62,966 nucleotides of DNA. Origin: a virus (lineage: Duplodnaviria; Caudoviricetes). Of this stretch, positions 40,330-48,421 are shown in pieces. A program made the position numbers and the translations under genes. Location: IMG/VR virus record IMGVR_UViG_3300030059_001555, positions 1 to 62,966 of that record. One strand, given 5' to 3'. Under the pieces are notes generated by a model. It worked only from the letters and a program-made list of their open reading frames with translations. It searched no databases and had not been told where the DNA came from. Position 1 is the first letter of the stretch, and each line of letters starts with the position of its first letter.

Positions 40330-41881
40330 TTACTCTTACATTTGAGATTACACAATCTGCTGATACAATAGTTAACGCTACACTTACAGCATTCTTAAGA
40401 GCAGTCTTAGTTACTAGTACAGGATCAATAATACCTGATTCTACCATATCAACAACTTCTCCAGTTATAACATCGATACCGTATCCTTCAAATAAGTCAG
40501 ATGCAACCTCTATTCCTGCGTTGTTTAATATTGTCTGGTAAGGAGATTTTATAGCTTCTAATAAAGCCGTATATCCCACGTTAGTGGGAGAGATTTTTTG
40601 AGATGCATTAAGGAGGGCAATGCCACCCCCTGACACAATCCCTTCTTTCAAAGCAGCCTTGGTAGCGTAGATAGCATCTTCCACTCTATCTTTCTTTTCT
40701 TTAAGTTCAACCTTAGAATCAGCACCAACTTTAACAACACCTACACTACCCGATAAGGTGGCTAATCGTTGTTCTAGTTTCTTCTTGATAAAACCATTCT
40801 TCTCATCAGCTATCTTAGTTTGTACTTCTACTATTCTTTCTAATACAGCATCACTAGGTCCATCTAAAGTTATTGTAGTATTCCTATCATCTGTTACAGA
40901 GAATTCAACCTCACCTAAATGCTCAGGTGTTATAAGGTCTAGATCATCTCCTAACTCTTCATTGATAACTGTAGAACCTGTTAATATAGATAGATCCTCT
41001 ATGGCATCCATTTTAGTAGGTCCGAACCCAGGTGGGTCAACGATGTTTACTTTTATATTACCTTTAACCTTATTCATTAGTAGTGCAGACTTAACTTGCT
41101 GCGATACTGGTGCTACAATAAGTAGTGAGCGGTTATTTTTAATAGCATGCTCTAATATCCCTTGAATCTTACGAATGTTAGGTATTTCAGAGGAAACTGT
41201 TAGCACGAGCGGGTTATCTAACTCACATATATGCTTCTCAGTGTTAGTAATGAAGTGAGGCGAGGTTAAACCACAGTCTATCTGCGCTCCGTCCACTACT
41301 TCTACGTATGTATCCTCAGTAGGACTCTCTTCTAGGAGAACTACACCGTGTTTACCTACTTTTTCGTAAGCTTCAGCAATAATATCCCCTAAAAATACGT
41401 CATTATTACAGGAAATACTAGAAACAGCTTTAAGCATATCACCATCCACTTCAACGGACGATGAATCTAAATACTTCACTACATCTGCTAAGCATGATGT
41501 AACCCCTTCTTTTATATCTCTGATCTTTGCACCCGCAGCGACGGCGGTGTGTATAGAATTAATCAAGGCTTCCACTAGAACAGTGGCGGTAGTTGTACCG
41601 TCTCCAGCCTCTCGTACTGTATTTCTGGCTGCTTCCTTAACTAGAGTTGCACCCATGTTCTCAACCGGATCAAATAAGACTACGCTTTCTGCAACGGTTA
41701 CTCCGTCTTTTGTTATGACCGGTTTGCCTCTTCCATCTTCGTAAATAACGCATTTTCCCGATGCGCCTAATGTGGATTTCACGGCTTTAGCTAGTTTATT
41801 TACCCCAGCTATTATTTTATTCTCAGCTTCTTGGCCAAAGTCTAGTTGCTTGACCAATTCGCTTGGTAAATTGTACTCCAT
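40316..41881 (-). CDS. groEL: chaperonin GroEL
   Basis: ITKDGVTVA, AGDGTTTAT, KEKKDRVEDA, GIIDP. Confidence 0.95.
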   Translation of the reverse strand: MEYNLPSELVKQLDFGQEAENKIIAGVNKLAKAVKSTLGASGKCVIYEDGRGKPVITKDGVTVAESVVLFDPVENMGATLVKEAARNTVREAGDGTTTATVLVEALINSIHTAVAAGAKIRDIKEGVTSCLADVVKYLDSSSVEVDGDMLKAVSSISCNNDVFLGDIIAEAYEKVGKHGVVLLEESPTEDTYVEVVDGAQIDCGLTSPHFITNTEKHICELDNPLVLTVSSEIPNIRKIQGILEHAIKNNRSLLIVAPVSQQVKSALLMNKVKGNIKVNIVDPPGFGPTKMDAIEDLSILTGSTVINEELGDDLDLITPEHLGEVEFSVTDDRNTTITLDGPSDAVLERIVEVQTKIADEKNGFIKKKLEQRLATLSGSVGVVKVGADSKVELKEKKDRVEDAIYATKAALKEGIVSGGGIALLNASQKISPTNVGYTALLEAIKSPYQTILNNAGIEVASDLFEGYGIDVITGEVVDMVESGIIDPVLVTKTALKNAVSVALTIVSADCVISNVRVNEGN

Positions 41882-41921
41882 AATGTATTGAATTGAATTT
41901 AATTAAATTGCTTTGTTAAGC

Positions 41922-42215
41922 TTAAAATGTCTTAACTACTTTTGGTCCGTCAAGGAATTCCACTTTTTTACCAAAGTGTTCTACACTGCCATTGATAGCA
42001 GCTTCAGCCCCATCGAGTGTTTCTCTACGTGTGACATCAACCCATCTTTCTTCGTCACTTGGGTTGTTGACTTCTGTTTGGTAGTATCCATTTGCTAACT
42101 GGGTAATTCTCCAGTTCTTTTTATCCGCCAAATGTTTCCATTCAGCAAGTTTGTCTTCAGTTACCTGAGGTTTACCAGTATTTAGTGTGCTGGTTTTGTA
42201 GTAATAATAGGTCAT
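41922..42215 (-). CDS. hypothetical protein
   Basis: Clean ORF in the late operon. Confidence 0.55.
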   Translation of the reverse strand: MTYYYYKTSTLNTGKPQVTEDKLAEWKHLADKKNWRITQLANGYYQTEVNNPSDEERWVDVTRRETLDGAEAAINGSVEHFGKKVEFLDGPKVVKTF

Positions 42216-42249
42216 GTGTTTGATTTTGGTTTGTATTAATTGTCATTCA

Positions 42250-42963
42250 CTAGTAAGATCCATCTTTTTTCTTAGGCCCCTTAGTAGTCTTATTTTTATC
42301 TGATTTCATAACGCCTTTGCTGTCTTTTCTAGAATTATATGCCACAGCCTTCTTTTGGAATTCGCCGTATCCACCTTTAAATCCAGCTTTCTTCTCAGCA
42401 CTCATACCATCCCAAGCGGATTTGTAAGTTTTACCAGTACCTCTTTTAGTTTTAACTTCTTTTTTAGCAACTGGCTTTTTAGCTTTAACAACTTCTTTTT
42501 TAGCAACTTCTTTTTTAACAACTGGTTTAGTAACTTTAGTTGGACTAATCTTCTCTGCTTTAGCTTCACTTCTAGCAGAAACCTTAACAGCCTTATTAGC
42601 TAATCTATCTGATCTATTAGCAGTTCTACCCTTGATAATGGAGTCGTCAGTTGACTCAGACTTAGCTTTATTTTTAGCGGCCCTAGCGTTTAACTTGTTA
42701 GCTTTTTCAGCCCCACGAGCAGTAACTCTAGCAGCACGATCTTCTTTTCTCTCAGTCTTCTTAACTACTTTAGATGCTTTACGTTCAACTGTCTTAGCTC
42801 TATTCTTAGCAGCAGCCATATTAGCCTTCTTCTCTAAGTTGGTATTTCCTTCAAAAGTATCTAACTTAGCTTGCTTCATTTGCTTGTTAGCTTGTCTAAC
42901 TACCTTACGACTCGACCCTGTGTCATCACCAGCGTCGTAACCTTTTTGTTTGAATAATCCCAT
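42250..42963 (-). CDS. Lys/Ala-rich basic (histone H1-like) protein
   Basis: KPVVKKEVAKKEVVK repeats; first gene of the left arm. Confidence 0.55.
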   Translation of the reverse strand: MGLFKQKGYDAGDDTGSSRKVVRQANKQMKQAKLDTFEGNTNLEKKANMAAAKNRAKTVERKASKVVKKTERKEDRAARVTARGAEKANKLNARAAKNKAKSESTDDSIIKGRTANRSDRLANKAVKVSARSEAKAEKISPTKVTKPVVKKEVAKKEVVKAKKPVAKKEVKTKRGTGKTYKSAWDGMSAEKKAGFKGGYGEFQKKAVAYNSRKDSKGVMKSDKNKTTKGPKKKDGSY

Positions 42964-43003
42964 GTTTATATTTATCGTTGTTATTGTTTCTTATCTTCAC
43001 ACT

Positions 43004-43035
43004 TATAATCACATCGTTATAGAATTATTTACTAC
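43004..43035 (-). promoter_or_regulatory. class II promoter at the head of the late arm
   Basis: GTAGTAAAT-N13-TGTGATTATA upstream of 42963. Confidence 0.65.
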
Positions 43036-43081
43036 TGTGACAACAGCCTGTTACTAGTACCTTATATAGGCTAATGTCACA
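43036..43081. promoter_or_regulatory. 46-bp imperfect palindrome, copy 1
   Basis: TGTGACAACAGCCT...AGGCTAATGTCACA. Confidence 0.7.
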
Positions 43082-43122
43082 CTACTGAAAAAATTTTATT
43101 ATAAATTTTGGGGTTTTGCGTT

Positions 43123-43196
43123 CCCCCCTCCCCCTGGGCCCCCTCCCCTCTATATCAAAATCAATATATCAACCCCACCCCTACCCTCTCCTCTCC
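43123..43196 (-). other. C-tract cluster (G-quadruplex potential on minus strand)
   Basis: C6-T-C5-TGGG-C5-T-C4, then C4-A-C4-TA-C3, in an AT-rich genome. Confidence 0.6.
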
Positions 43197-43296
43197 ATAT
43201 CATATATACCAATCTATATATACTCCTTATCTACCTAGCTAGTTATCTATCTACCTATCTATATATATAACTATCCATATACTCTACTATATTTAA

Positions 43297-43332
43297 TACA
43301 AACTAAATACGACTATTAATAGATAATATATA
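43297..43332 (+). repeat. class I repeat/early promoter, copy 1
   Basis: TACAAACTAAATACGA-N9-GATAATATATA. Confidence 0.8.
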
Positions 43333-43372
43333 TGTAATCGAACGAACGACTACTACTTAAATATCAAATCAA

Positions 43373-43606
43373 ATGACTAATTCAAATCAAATTACTACGA
43401 AGAGATTCGTTATACGCAAGACGTTAATAGGTACTAATACTATCATTACATTCGTGAACAAGAAAGGTGCGTCAGTATCGTATAATCACGATGCAGTGTA
43501 TAATGCTCACGCTTCACGATTCAACTCGATGAATTGCTTCACGAAGTATAAGTCGTATACTAACTCGAATGCAATGCCAGCGTTCTGTAGAGACTTAGCG
43601 ATATAA
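43373..43606 (+). CDS. early protein, paralog A
   Basis: KRFVIR..LIG...Y.HD...KYKSYT.S shared with 44249..44563. Confidence 0.7.
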   Translation: MTNSNQITTKRFVIRKTLIGTNTIITFVNKKGASVSYNHDAVYNAHASRFNSMNCFTKYKSYTNSNAMPAFCRDLAI

Positions 43607-43611
43607 GTCTT

Positions 43612-43647
43612 TACAAGCTCAATACGAATCACCATGGATAATATCTA
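43612..43647 (+). repeat. class I repeat, copy 2
   Basis: TACAAGCTCAATACGA-N9-GATAATATCTA. Confidence 0.75.
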
Positions 43648-43672
43648 TGTAACCAAATTAAATTAAACTATT

Positions 43673-43822
43673 ATGAAAAAGATCCTTATCAAAATGATCA
43701 CCAACATCATCACTACTAAGTTAGTGTCTGGTATTGAATACAATCAAAAGCAACTTGAAGTGCTAAACCATGCATCGAGTTACGAACTAATCAGTGTATT
43801 AATCTCAGTAAATAAACTGTGA
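43673..43822 (+). CDS. 49-aa early hypothetical protein
   Basis: MKKILIKMITN...; follows repeat 2; its stop lies inside palindrome 2. Confidence 0.5.
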   Translation: MKKILIKMITNIITTKLVSGIEYNQKQLEVLNHASSYELISVLISVNKL

Positions 43823-43864
43823 CATTAGCCTGTTACTAGTCTTACTTAACAGCCTTGTGTCACA
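43818..43864. promoter_or_regulatory. 47-bp imperfect palindrome, copy 2
   Basis: TGTGACATTAGCCTGTTA...TAACAGCCTTGTGTCACA. Confidence 0.7.
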
Positions 43865-43884
43865 CTATTCTACTAACGAGTTAT

Positions 43885-43920
43885 TACAAACTAAATACGA
43901 CTGTCGTTGGATAATATATA
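43885..43920 (+). repeat. class I repeat, copy 3
   Basis: TACAAACTAAATACGA-CTGTCGTTG-GATAATATATA. Confidence 0.8.
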
Positions 43921-43942
43921 CGTAACCAATAAATATCAAACT

Positions 43943-44098
43943 ATGACAACTAAATCAGAAAAACTACTAACTATTACTAAGTTATTAAACGAAGTATATA
44001 CTGACTTGAACGATGAGTCAAAAGACTTTACTGAAGTATTTGAAATTATTACTAACGACTTACGCTACTATTTAGTATACGAAACTATGGAAAAGTAG
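43943..44098 (+). CDS. early hypothetical protein
   Basis: ATG at 43943 (MTTKSEK) after repeat 3. Confidence 0.55.
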   Translation: MTTKSEKLLTITKLLNEVYTDLNDESKDFTEVFEIITNDLRYYLVYETMEK

Positions 44099-44170
44099 AA
44101 TTTACGTGAGTACACAAGTGGCGGAGTATCTGCTAACTTAAATTATCTACTTAATTATTTATCCACCTTT

Positions 44171-44206
44171 TACAAACTAAATACGAACGAGTATGGATAA
44201 TATATA
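44171..44206 (+). repeat. class I repeat, copy 4
   Basis: TACAAACTAAATACGA-ACGAGTATG-GATAATATATA. Confidence 0.8.
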
Positions 44207-44248
44207 TGTAACGAAAACAAATTATAAACTAAACTAAATCAAGTCATT

Positions 44249-44563
44249 ATGGCAAATTTAATTCAATCAAAGAGATTCGTAGTACGTCAATCTCTAATCG
44301 GCAAAGATACTAACGTCGAAGTATCATTCAAGAACGGAAAAACCGTTACTTATTCTCACGACAAAGCGTTCGAGATAATGAAGGAAACTTTAGAAGCACT
44401 CTCATGTTGGAGTAAGTACAAGTCGTACACAGCATCGAGTAACATTCCAAAAGTACTTCGAAACACTGAAGCGGTTATCACTTCATACGAGTTAAACGAA
44501 ACTACTGATGAAGTAGTAGAAATCGAAACTGAAGTTAAGATGACTCCAGTAGGTGCGTTTTAG
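44249..44563 (+). CDS. early protein, paralog B
   Basis: Similar to 43373..43606. Confidence 0.7.
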   Translation: MANLIQSKRFVVRQSLIGKDTNVEVSFKNGKTVTYSHDKAFEIMKETLEALSCWSKYKSYTASSNIPKVLRNTEAVITSYELNETTDEVVEIETEVKMTPVGAF

Positions 44564-44630
44564 TAGACGCTTATGTTAAAAGTCCAGTTAGTTCTACTTC
44601 GTTTACTGGTAAATCAAATATGAACGAGTA

Positions 44631-44672
44631 CTGTAGTAATGGTTAATGTGAGTTCGATTCTCATACTACAAC
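44631..44672 (+). ncRNA. minimal tRNA-like element (acceptor stem + T arm, no anticodon arm)
   Basis: TGTAGT/ACTACA stem, GTGAG-TTCGATT-CTCAT T arm, 10-nt AATGGTTAAT linker. Confidence 0.55.
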
Positions 44673-44699
44673 TAAATTATTAAATAATAAATCAAGTAT

Positions 44700-44852
44700 A
44701 TGCAAGTAATATGTAAAAAATGTAGCGAAGACGTTACCATGGAAGTAGATTTCCAAACTAAATCTCCATTCGGAGTGATAAACAATCACGAGTGTGAAGA
44801 CGATCAAGTAGAGTTAAGAATTAAAGCGTTAGAAGCGGGATTTATACTATGA
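44700..44852 (+). CDS. 50-aa hypothetical protein
   Basis: MQVICKKC...; stop overlaps the next ATG. Confidence 0.5.
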   Translation: MQVICKKCSEDVTMEVDFQTKSPFGVINNHECEDDQVELRIKALEAGFIL

Positions 44853-45118
44853 AGAGAGTAATAATAATAGCAGCGATGTTAGCTTCAGTAAGCGGACTTG
44901 CTCAGAATACTCAGTGTATTTCAACAACTAAAAAAGGTGATCGATGCCTACTTACAGTGAACACTAATGACTTATGTTGGCGACACAGTCCCGAGTATGT
45001 GAAGAAAAGCAAAAACCCAACAGTGGTTTGCTATGCAACTACGAAGGCAAATGCTAAATGTAAGCAGAAAACTAGTCACCCGAGTGGAGTTTGTTATCAC
45101 CACAGACCTAAAAACTAA
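44849..45118 (+). CDS. secreted protein with two CCCH zinc-finger-like repeats (DUF5763-like)
   Basis: Signal peptide (GLA/Q); C-x8-C-x8/9-C-x2-H twice. Confidence 0.65.
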   Translation: MKRVIIIAAMLASVSGLAQNTQCISTTKKGDRCLLTVNTNDLCWRHSPEYVKKSKNPTVVCYATTKANAKCKQKTSHPSGVCYHHRPKN

Positions 45119-45121
45119 ATT

Positions 45122-45334
45122 ATGGATAAAAGTTTAATTATATTAGCGTTAGAAACGTTAAGAGAGCAAGTATCTGATGGTACTGATTGGGAATGTGAAG
45201 AGCAGACTCTAGAAGGTCAAGAAAGACTCGATAGAATAGACAAGCAGATTGAAGAGCTCAAAGCAGAACCAACTATAACTATTAACGAGCATCGCCAAGT
45301 GAAAACATATGGTTATACTCAAAAGAAAGAATAA
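45122..45334 (+). CDS. hypothetical protein
   Basis: ORF track, operon packing. Confidence 0.5.
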   Translation: MDKSLIILALETLREQVSDGTDWECEEQTLEGQERLDRIDKQIEELKAEPTITINEHRQVKTYGYTQKKE

Positions 45335-45335
45335 T

Positions 45336-45470
45336 ATGGCAACAGATTTAAGATGTCCTAATTGTGAAGATAATTTAGGAAAAGACAGAGAAAACCACGT
45401 TCACGCTTATTGCGGGAATTGTGGTGAAGAATTCTACAACGACGAAGGTTATACTGATGAAGATGAATAG
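45336..45470 (+). CDS. 44-aa Zn-ribbon protein
   Basis: CPNC...CGNC, acidic tail. Confidence 0.55.
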   Translation: MATDLRCPNCEDNLGKDRENHVHAYCGNCGEEFYNDEGYTDEDE

Positions 45471-45473
45471 TTA

Positions 45474-45509
45474 TACAAATTAAATACGACTACTCGTGGA
45501 TAATATATA
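45474..45509 (+). repeat. class I repeat, copy 5
   Basis: TACAAATTAAATACGA-CTACTCGTG-GATAATATATA. Confidence 0.8.
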
Positions 45510-45534
45510 TGTAGAACGTTAAAAAAAACAAAGA

Positions 45535-45735
45535 ATGAAGACTTTTAAATTAGCAAAAGAAAATAACAGTATCTCACTAACAGATGAGTTTGCTGGAGTA
45601 ACAGTGTACAGTGAGTGGAGAGCTTATACAGTAGCAGAATTACCTAAGAACTTCGGTTGTTTAGAGTATGAAACTGACGTAGAAGGAATAAGTGAATGGT
45701 TTAACTATAAAGGATTAACTTATGTCAGAGACTAG
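45535..45735 (+). CDS. early hypothetical protein
   Basis: Follows repeat 5. Confidence 0.55.
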   Translation: MKTFKLAKENNSISLTDEFAGVTVYSEWRAYTVAELPKNFGCLEYETDVEGISEWFNYKGLTYVRD

Positions 45736-45869
45736 GAGATTTACTCACGATGAAGTTATATTAGTAGGAGGTGAATACTTCAAATCTAAAAAAACTGGTG
45801 AATGGGTGTCAGAAAACCGAGTGGATAACTGGCAAATAGAAATGTTAAACATAGAAATACAACAGTATT

Positions 45870-46184
45870 ATGACAAAGAACAGGATAGGTATTATTAACT
45901 GCGAAGATGAATTCGGAAATATGAGTAAAATTAAAGAAAAAGGTATGGAAGTACAACAATTATTTGACACTTTAGAGTCACAATTACAGTCACACGACTG
46001 GTTTTATAGTTATTCTGACGACAATAGGTATTATAAAACAGGTCAAAGAGAGCATTCACAAATATGGCAAGTTATTGAGAAATTACAAGCTATTGGTGAA
46101 AACGAGTTTGATCGAGCTATAGATATGTACCGCGAAGCTAAACCAGTAGTATCTGCACCGCATGAAACTAGAATTACAAATTAA
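45870..46184 (+). CDS. hypothetical protein (HDWFYSYSDD family)
   Basis: L.SHDWFYSYSDD motif; stop supplied by repeat 6. Confidence 0.6.
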   Translation: MTKNRIGIINCEDEFGNMSKIKEKGMEVQQLFDTLESQLQSHDWFYSYSDDNRYYKTGQREHSQIWQVIEKLQAIGENEFDRAIDMYREAKPVVSAPHETRITN

Positions 46185-46210
46185 ATACGATTCCTCGTGG
46201 ATAATATAAT
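46175..46210 (+). repeat. class I repeat, copy 6
   Basis: TACAAATTAAATACGA-TTCCTCGTG-GATAATATAAT. Confidence 0.8.
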
Positions 46211-46222
46211 AAACGAAAACGT

Positions 46223-46432
46223 ATGAAATGTAGATGCAAAGTAGAAATACCACAAGGTAGGTTAGATTTAGGTTATAAGACATGTATAAAATGTGCCCGT
46301 ACAGAGCGTTATGCTTGTGTACCAATAACTAACCACAAAACTGGGAATACTATTCAAATAGTTACCCAAGCTCAAGCAGAAATAATCATAAAAGCTGGAA
46401 GGCGGAAAGGTTATGGTACTTGCTTGCGCTAA
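46223..46432 (+). CDS. TraR/DksA-like C4 zinc-finger protein
   Basis: CRC..EIPQGRL.LG..TCIKC. Confidence 0.55.
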   Translation: MKCRCKVEIPQGRLDLGYKTCIKCARTERYACVPITNHKTGNTIQIVTQAQAEIIIKAGRRKGYGTCLR

Positions 46433-46438
46433 AAACCC

Positions 46439-46512
46439 GCCCGAGTAGCTCAACTGGATAGAGCAACACCCTTCTAAGGTGTAGGTTATGAGTTCGAATC
46501 TCATCTCGGGTA
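46439..46512 (+). tRNA. tRNA-Arg (TCT)
   Basis: GCCCGAG/CTCGGGT acceptor, D arm GCTC..GAGC, ACACC-CTTCTAA-GGTGT, TTCGAAT T loop; CCA not encoded. Confidence 0.93.
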
Positions 46513-46527
46513 CTAAAATTAAAGATT

Positions 46528-46677
46528 ATGATTAGTAAGAAGCAACAAGATAAATGGTGGCGTGTGAAGCTCGATAGCGAGACTTTACATGGTATATGGA
46601 ATGCTTCAAAGCCATTTACACAGAGAAACAAGAAGAAATATTCACGTAAAAACAAGCATGGAAATGAACAAGAGTAA
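46528..46677 (+). CDS. 49-aa basic protein
   Basis: ...NKKKYSRKNKH motif. Confidence 0.5.
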   Translation: MISKKQQDKWWRVKLDSETLHGIWNASKPFTQRNKKKYSRKNKHGNEQE

Positions 46678-47000
46678 GAAATTAGTTATCGGTAAAGTGA
46701 TAATAGTCAGAGTAGGCGATGAGATACGTTACAACGTACCAGAGGACATGAATGGTAAACAGTTGAATGAGTTAAAAACCAAGCACAGTGAAGTTGTAAA
46801 CGACTTTATCGAAAGCAGTAAACAAAAGGTATGAGCAATAGATATTTAGATGAAGCTTGGGATGAAGCTCACGAGCTGATACTAGAGCTAGGAGAAAAAG
46901 GTGATTTTGATACAACTTTGTCACTAGATGAATTTTACGCAGAGTATTACTACAACTTGAACCATGAAGATAGAGAAAGAATTGAAGAAACATTAAGATT

Positions 47001-47594
47001 ATGGAAATAAAAACTAAAGAAGAAGCGTTATCAACCTTCAAACTACTTGGTATAAAAGATATATCAAGCAAAAGACAAGTGAAAAACGGTACAACAGAGT
47101 ATGAGTTACCTATTAAGTGGATGAATTCACGAGGTGACAAATACGGTATAAGATATGCGACTTACGAGTCTGGGTATGTTAGAAATGTAAGTCCTTGTAA
47201 CTCATCTTGTTGGCAAATCAACAAAAGATATGAGACTAAAGAGAAGTTTTGGAGTACTTACTGCAAAAAGTATCTCTCTAACAGTAGGTATAAACGAATA
47301 CTTATAAACAACGAGGAAGACCGATTAGTTTATTTAGCCAACTATATTCTTAAGAATAACTACGGAAAAGGTGGTTTATATACTATGGATGAATTTACTA
47401 GAGAGACTATTAGCGATAATCACTATGATTTACACAAAGCTGACAATGTCTTAATAATGTCATCTGAGCTTGCTAAGTTAAAACGCACTCAATGGGAGAA
47501 AGACAATGGTGTTTTTGACACTTGGGGTACTAATAAAAACTCTGGTGACGACATTCAAGTAATTATTAACGGGCATAGATACAACTTATCATGA
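47001..47594 (+). CDS. hypothetical protein
   Basis: 197-aa ORF. Confidence 0.6.
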   Translation: MEIKTKEEALSTFKLLGIKDISSKRQVKNGTTEYELPIKWMNSRGDKYGIRYATYESGYVRNVSPCNSSCWQINKRYETKEKFWSTYCKKYLSNSRYKRILINNEEDRLVYLANYILKNNYGKGGLYTMDEFTRETISDNHYDLHKADNVLIMSSELAKLKRTQWEKDNGVFDTWGTNKNSGDDIQVIINGHRYNLS

Positions 47595-47797
47595 AGAAAT
47601 TTAACGGTTTTGAAAACCACTTACTACAAGATGCAATAAAGCTTTACGTAGAAAAAGCAGAGGATGAAGTATTATATAAAAAAGCTAGCTTAGAGGTTAA
47701 TAAGCGACTTTTGTTTGCTCCAGGGTATTTCACTATGATAGGTGAAGAGCTTTCTGATAAAGTAAATGATATGACACTTAAAAAACACTTAAAATAA
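47591..47797 (+). CDS. hypothetical protein
   Basis: ATGA overlap with the upstream gene. Confidence 0.55.
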   Translation: MKKFNGFENHLLQDAIKLYVEKAEDEVLYKKASLEVNKRLLFAPGYFTMIGEELSDKVNDMTLKKHLK

Positions 47798-47928
47798 TGA
47801 AAAAGAGAAAACTAAACAGTAAAAACCCAAAATATAGACCTGTGGTGAAAAAAGAGGTTATAAACGAAAGAAGAGAATTAATATGTAAAGTTAAAGGTGT
47901 TGAAGTATATGCAGTTTTTACAAACTAA
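47797..47928 (+). CDS. 43-aa basic protein
   Basis: MKKRKLNSKNPKY...VFTN; stop lies inside repeat 7. Confidence 0.5.
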   Translation: MKKRKLNSKNPKYRPVVKKEVINERRELICKVKGVEVYAVFTN

Positions 47929-47954
47929 ATACGATCACTTTTGGATAATATATA
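47919..47954 (+). repeat. class I repeat, copy 7
   Basis: TACAAACTAAATACGA-TCACTTTTG-GATAATATATA. Confidence 0.8.
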
Positions 47955-47972
47955 CGTAAACAAACAAACAAA

Positions 47973-48329
47973 ATGAAGAAAGAACAAATTGAGATGAGAA
48001 TTAAAGAGATTGGTACATTAGTATTAGATTCTCAGAAAGAACAATCAAACTACACAGGTGAATTAGCTAGCTTACACAGTGAATTAGCGATGTTAAACGC
48101 GCCCACATTAACGGAAGAGCAAGCAACTGAGTTAAATGAAAGGTTGTGTGACCACATAGACCGAATGGACACTACTGACTTAGGTAATTTTGACTTTGAG
48201 TTCGATATAGACTATGATAATAGAGTTTCAGTCTCTAACTTTGACTGCTCCGATTTAATAGAGGGTATAAAAGATGAGTTTCAAGAAGTTATATCAGACT
48301 TTTTCAAAGTCGAAGAAGATGAAGATTAA
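47973..48329 (+). CDS. acidic coiled-coil hypothetical protein
   Basis: Follows repeat 7. Confidence 0.6.
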   Translation: MKKEQIEMRIKEIGTLVLDSQKEQSNYTGELASLHSELAMLNAPTLTEEQATELNERLCDHIDRMDTTDLGNFDFEFDIDYDNRVSVSNFDCSDLIEGIKDEFQEVISDFFKVEEDED

Positions 48330-48421
48330 CGTAAGCAAACTTTAAGGTTCGACTGATTCTGGTCGCCTGATAAATCAGGTGGAAAGTAGATCCAGATAAG
48401 TGTGAAGGAATAAGGCTTACA

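Noticed and set aside
1140-42940. Numerous plus-strand ORFs of 60-150 aa in the left arm (and minus-strand ORFs in the right arm)
   Set aside because: Antisense shadows of long real genes, with S/L/F-rich composition and no motifs
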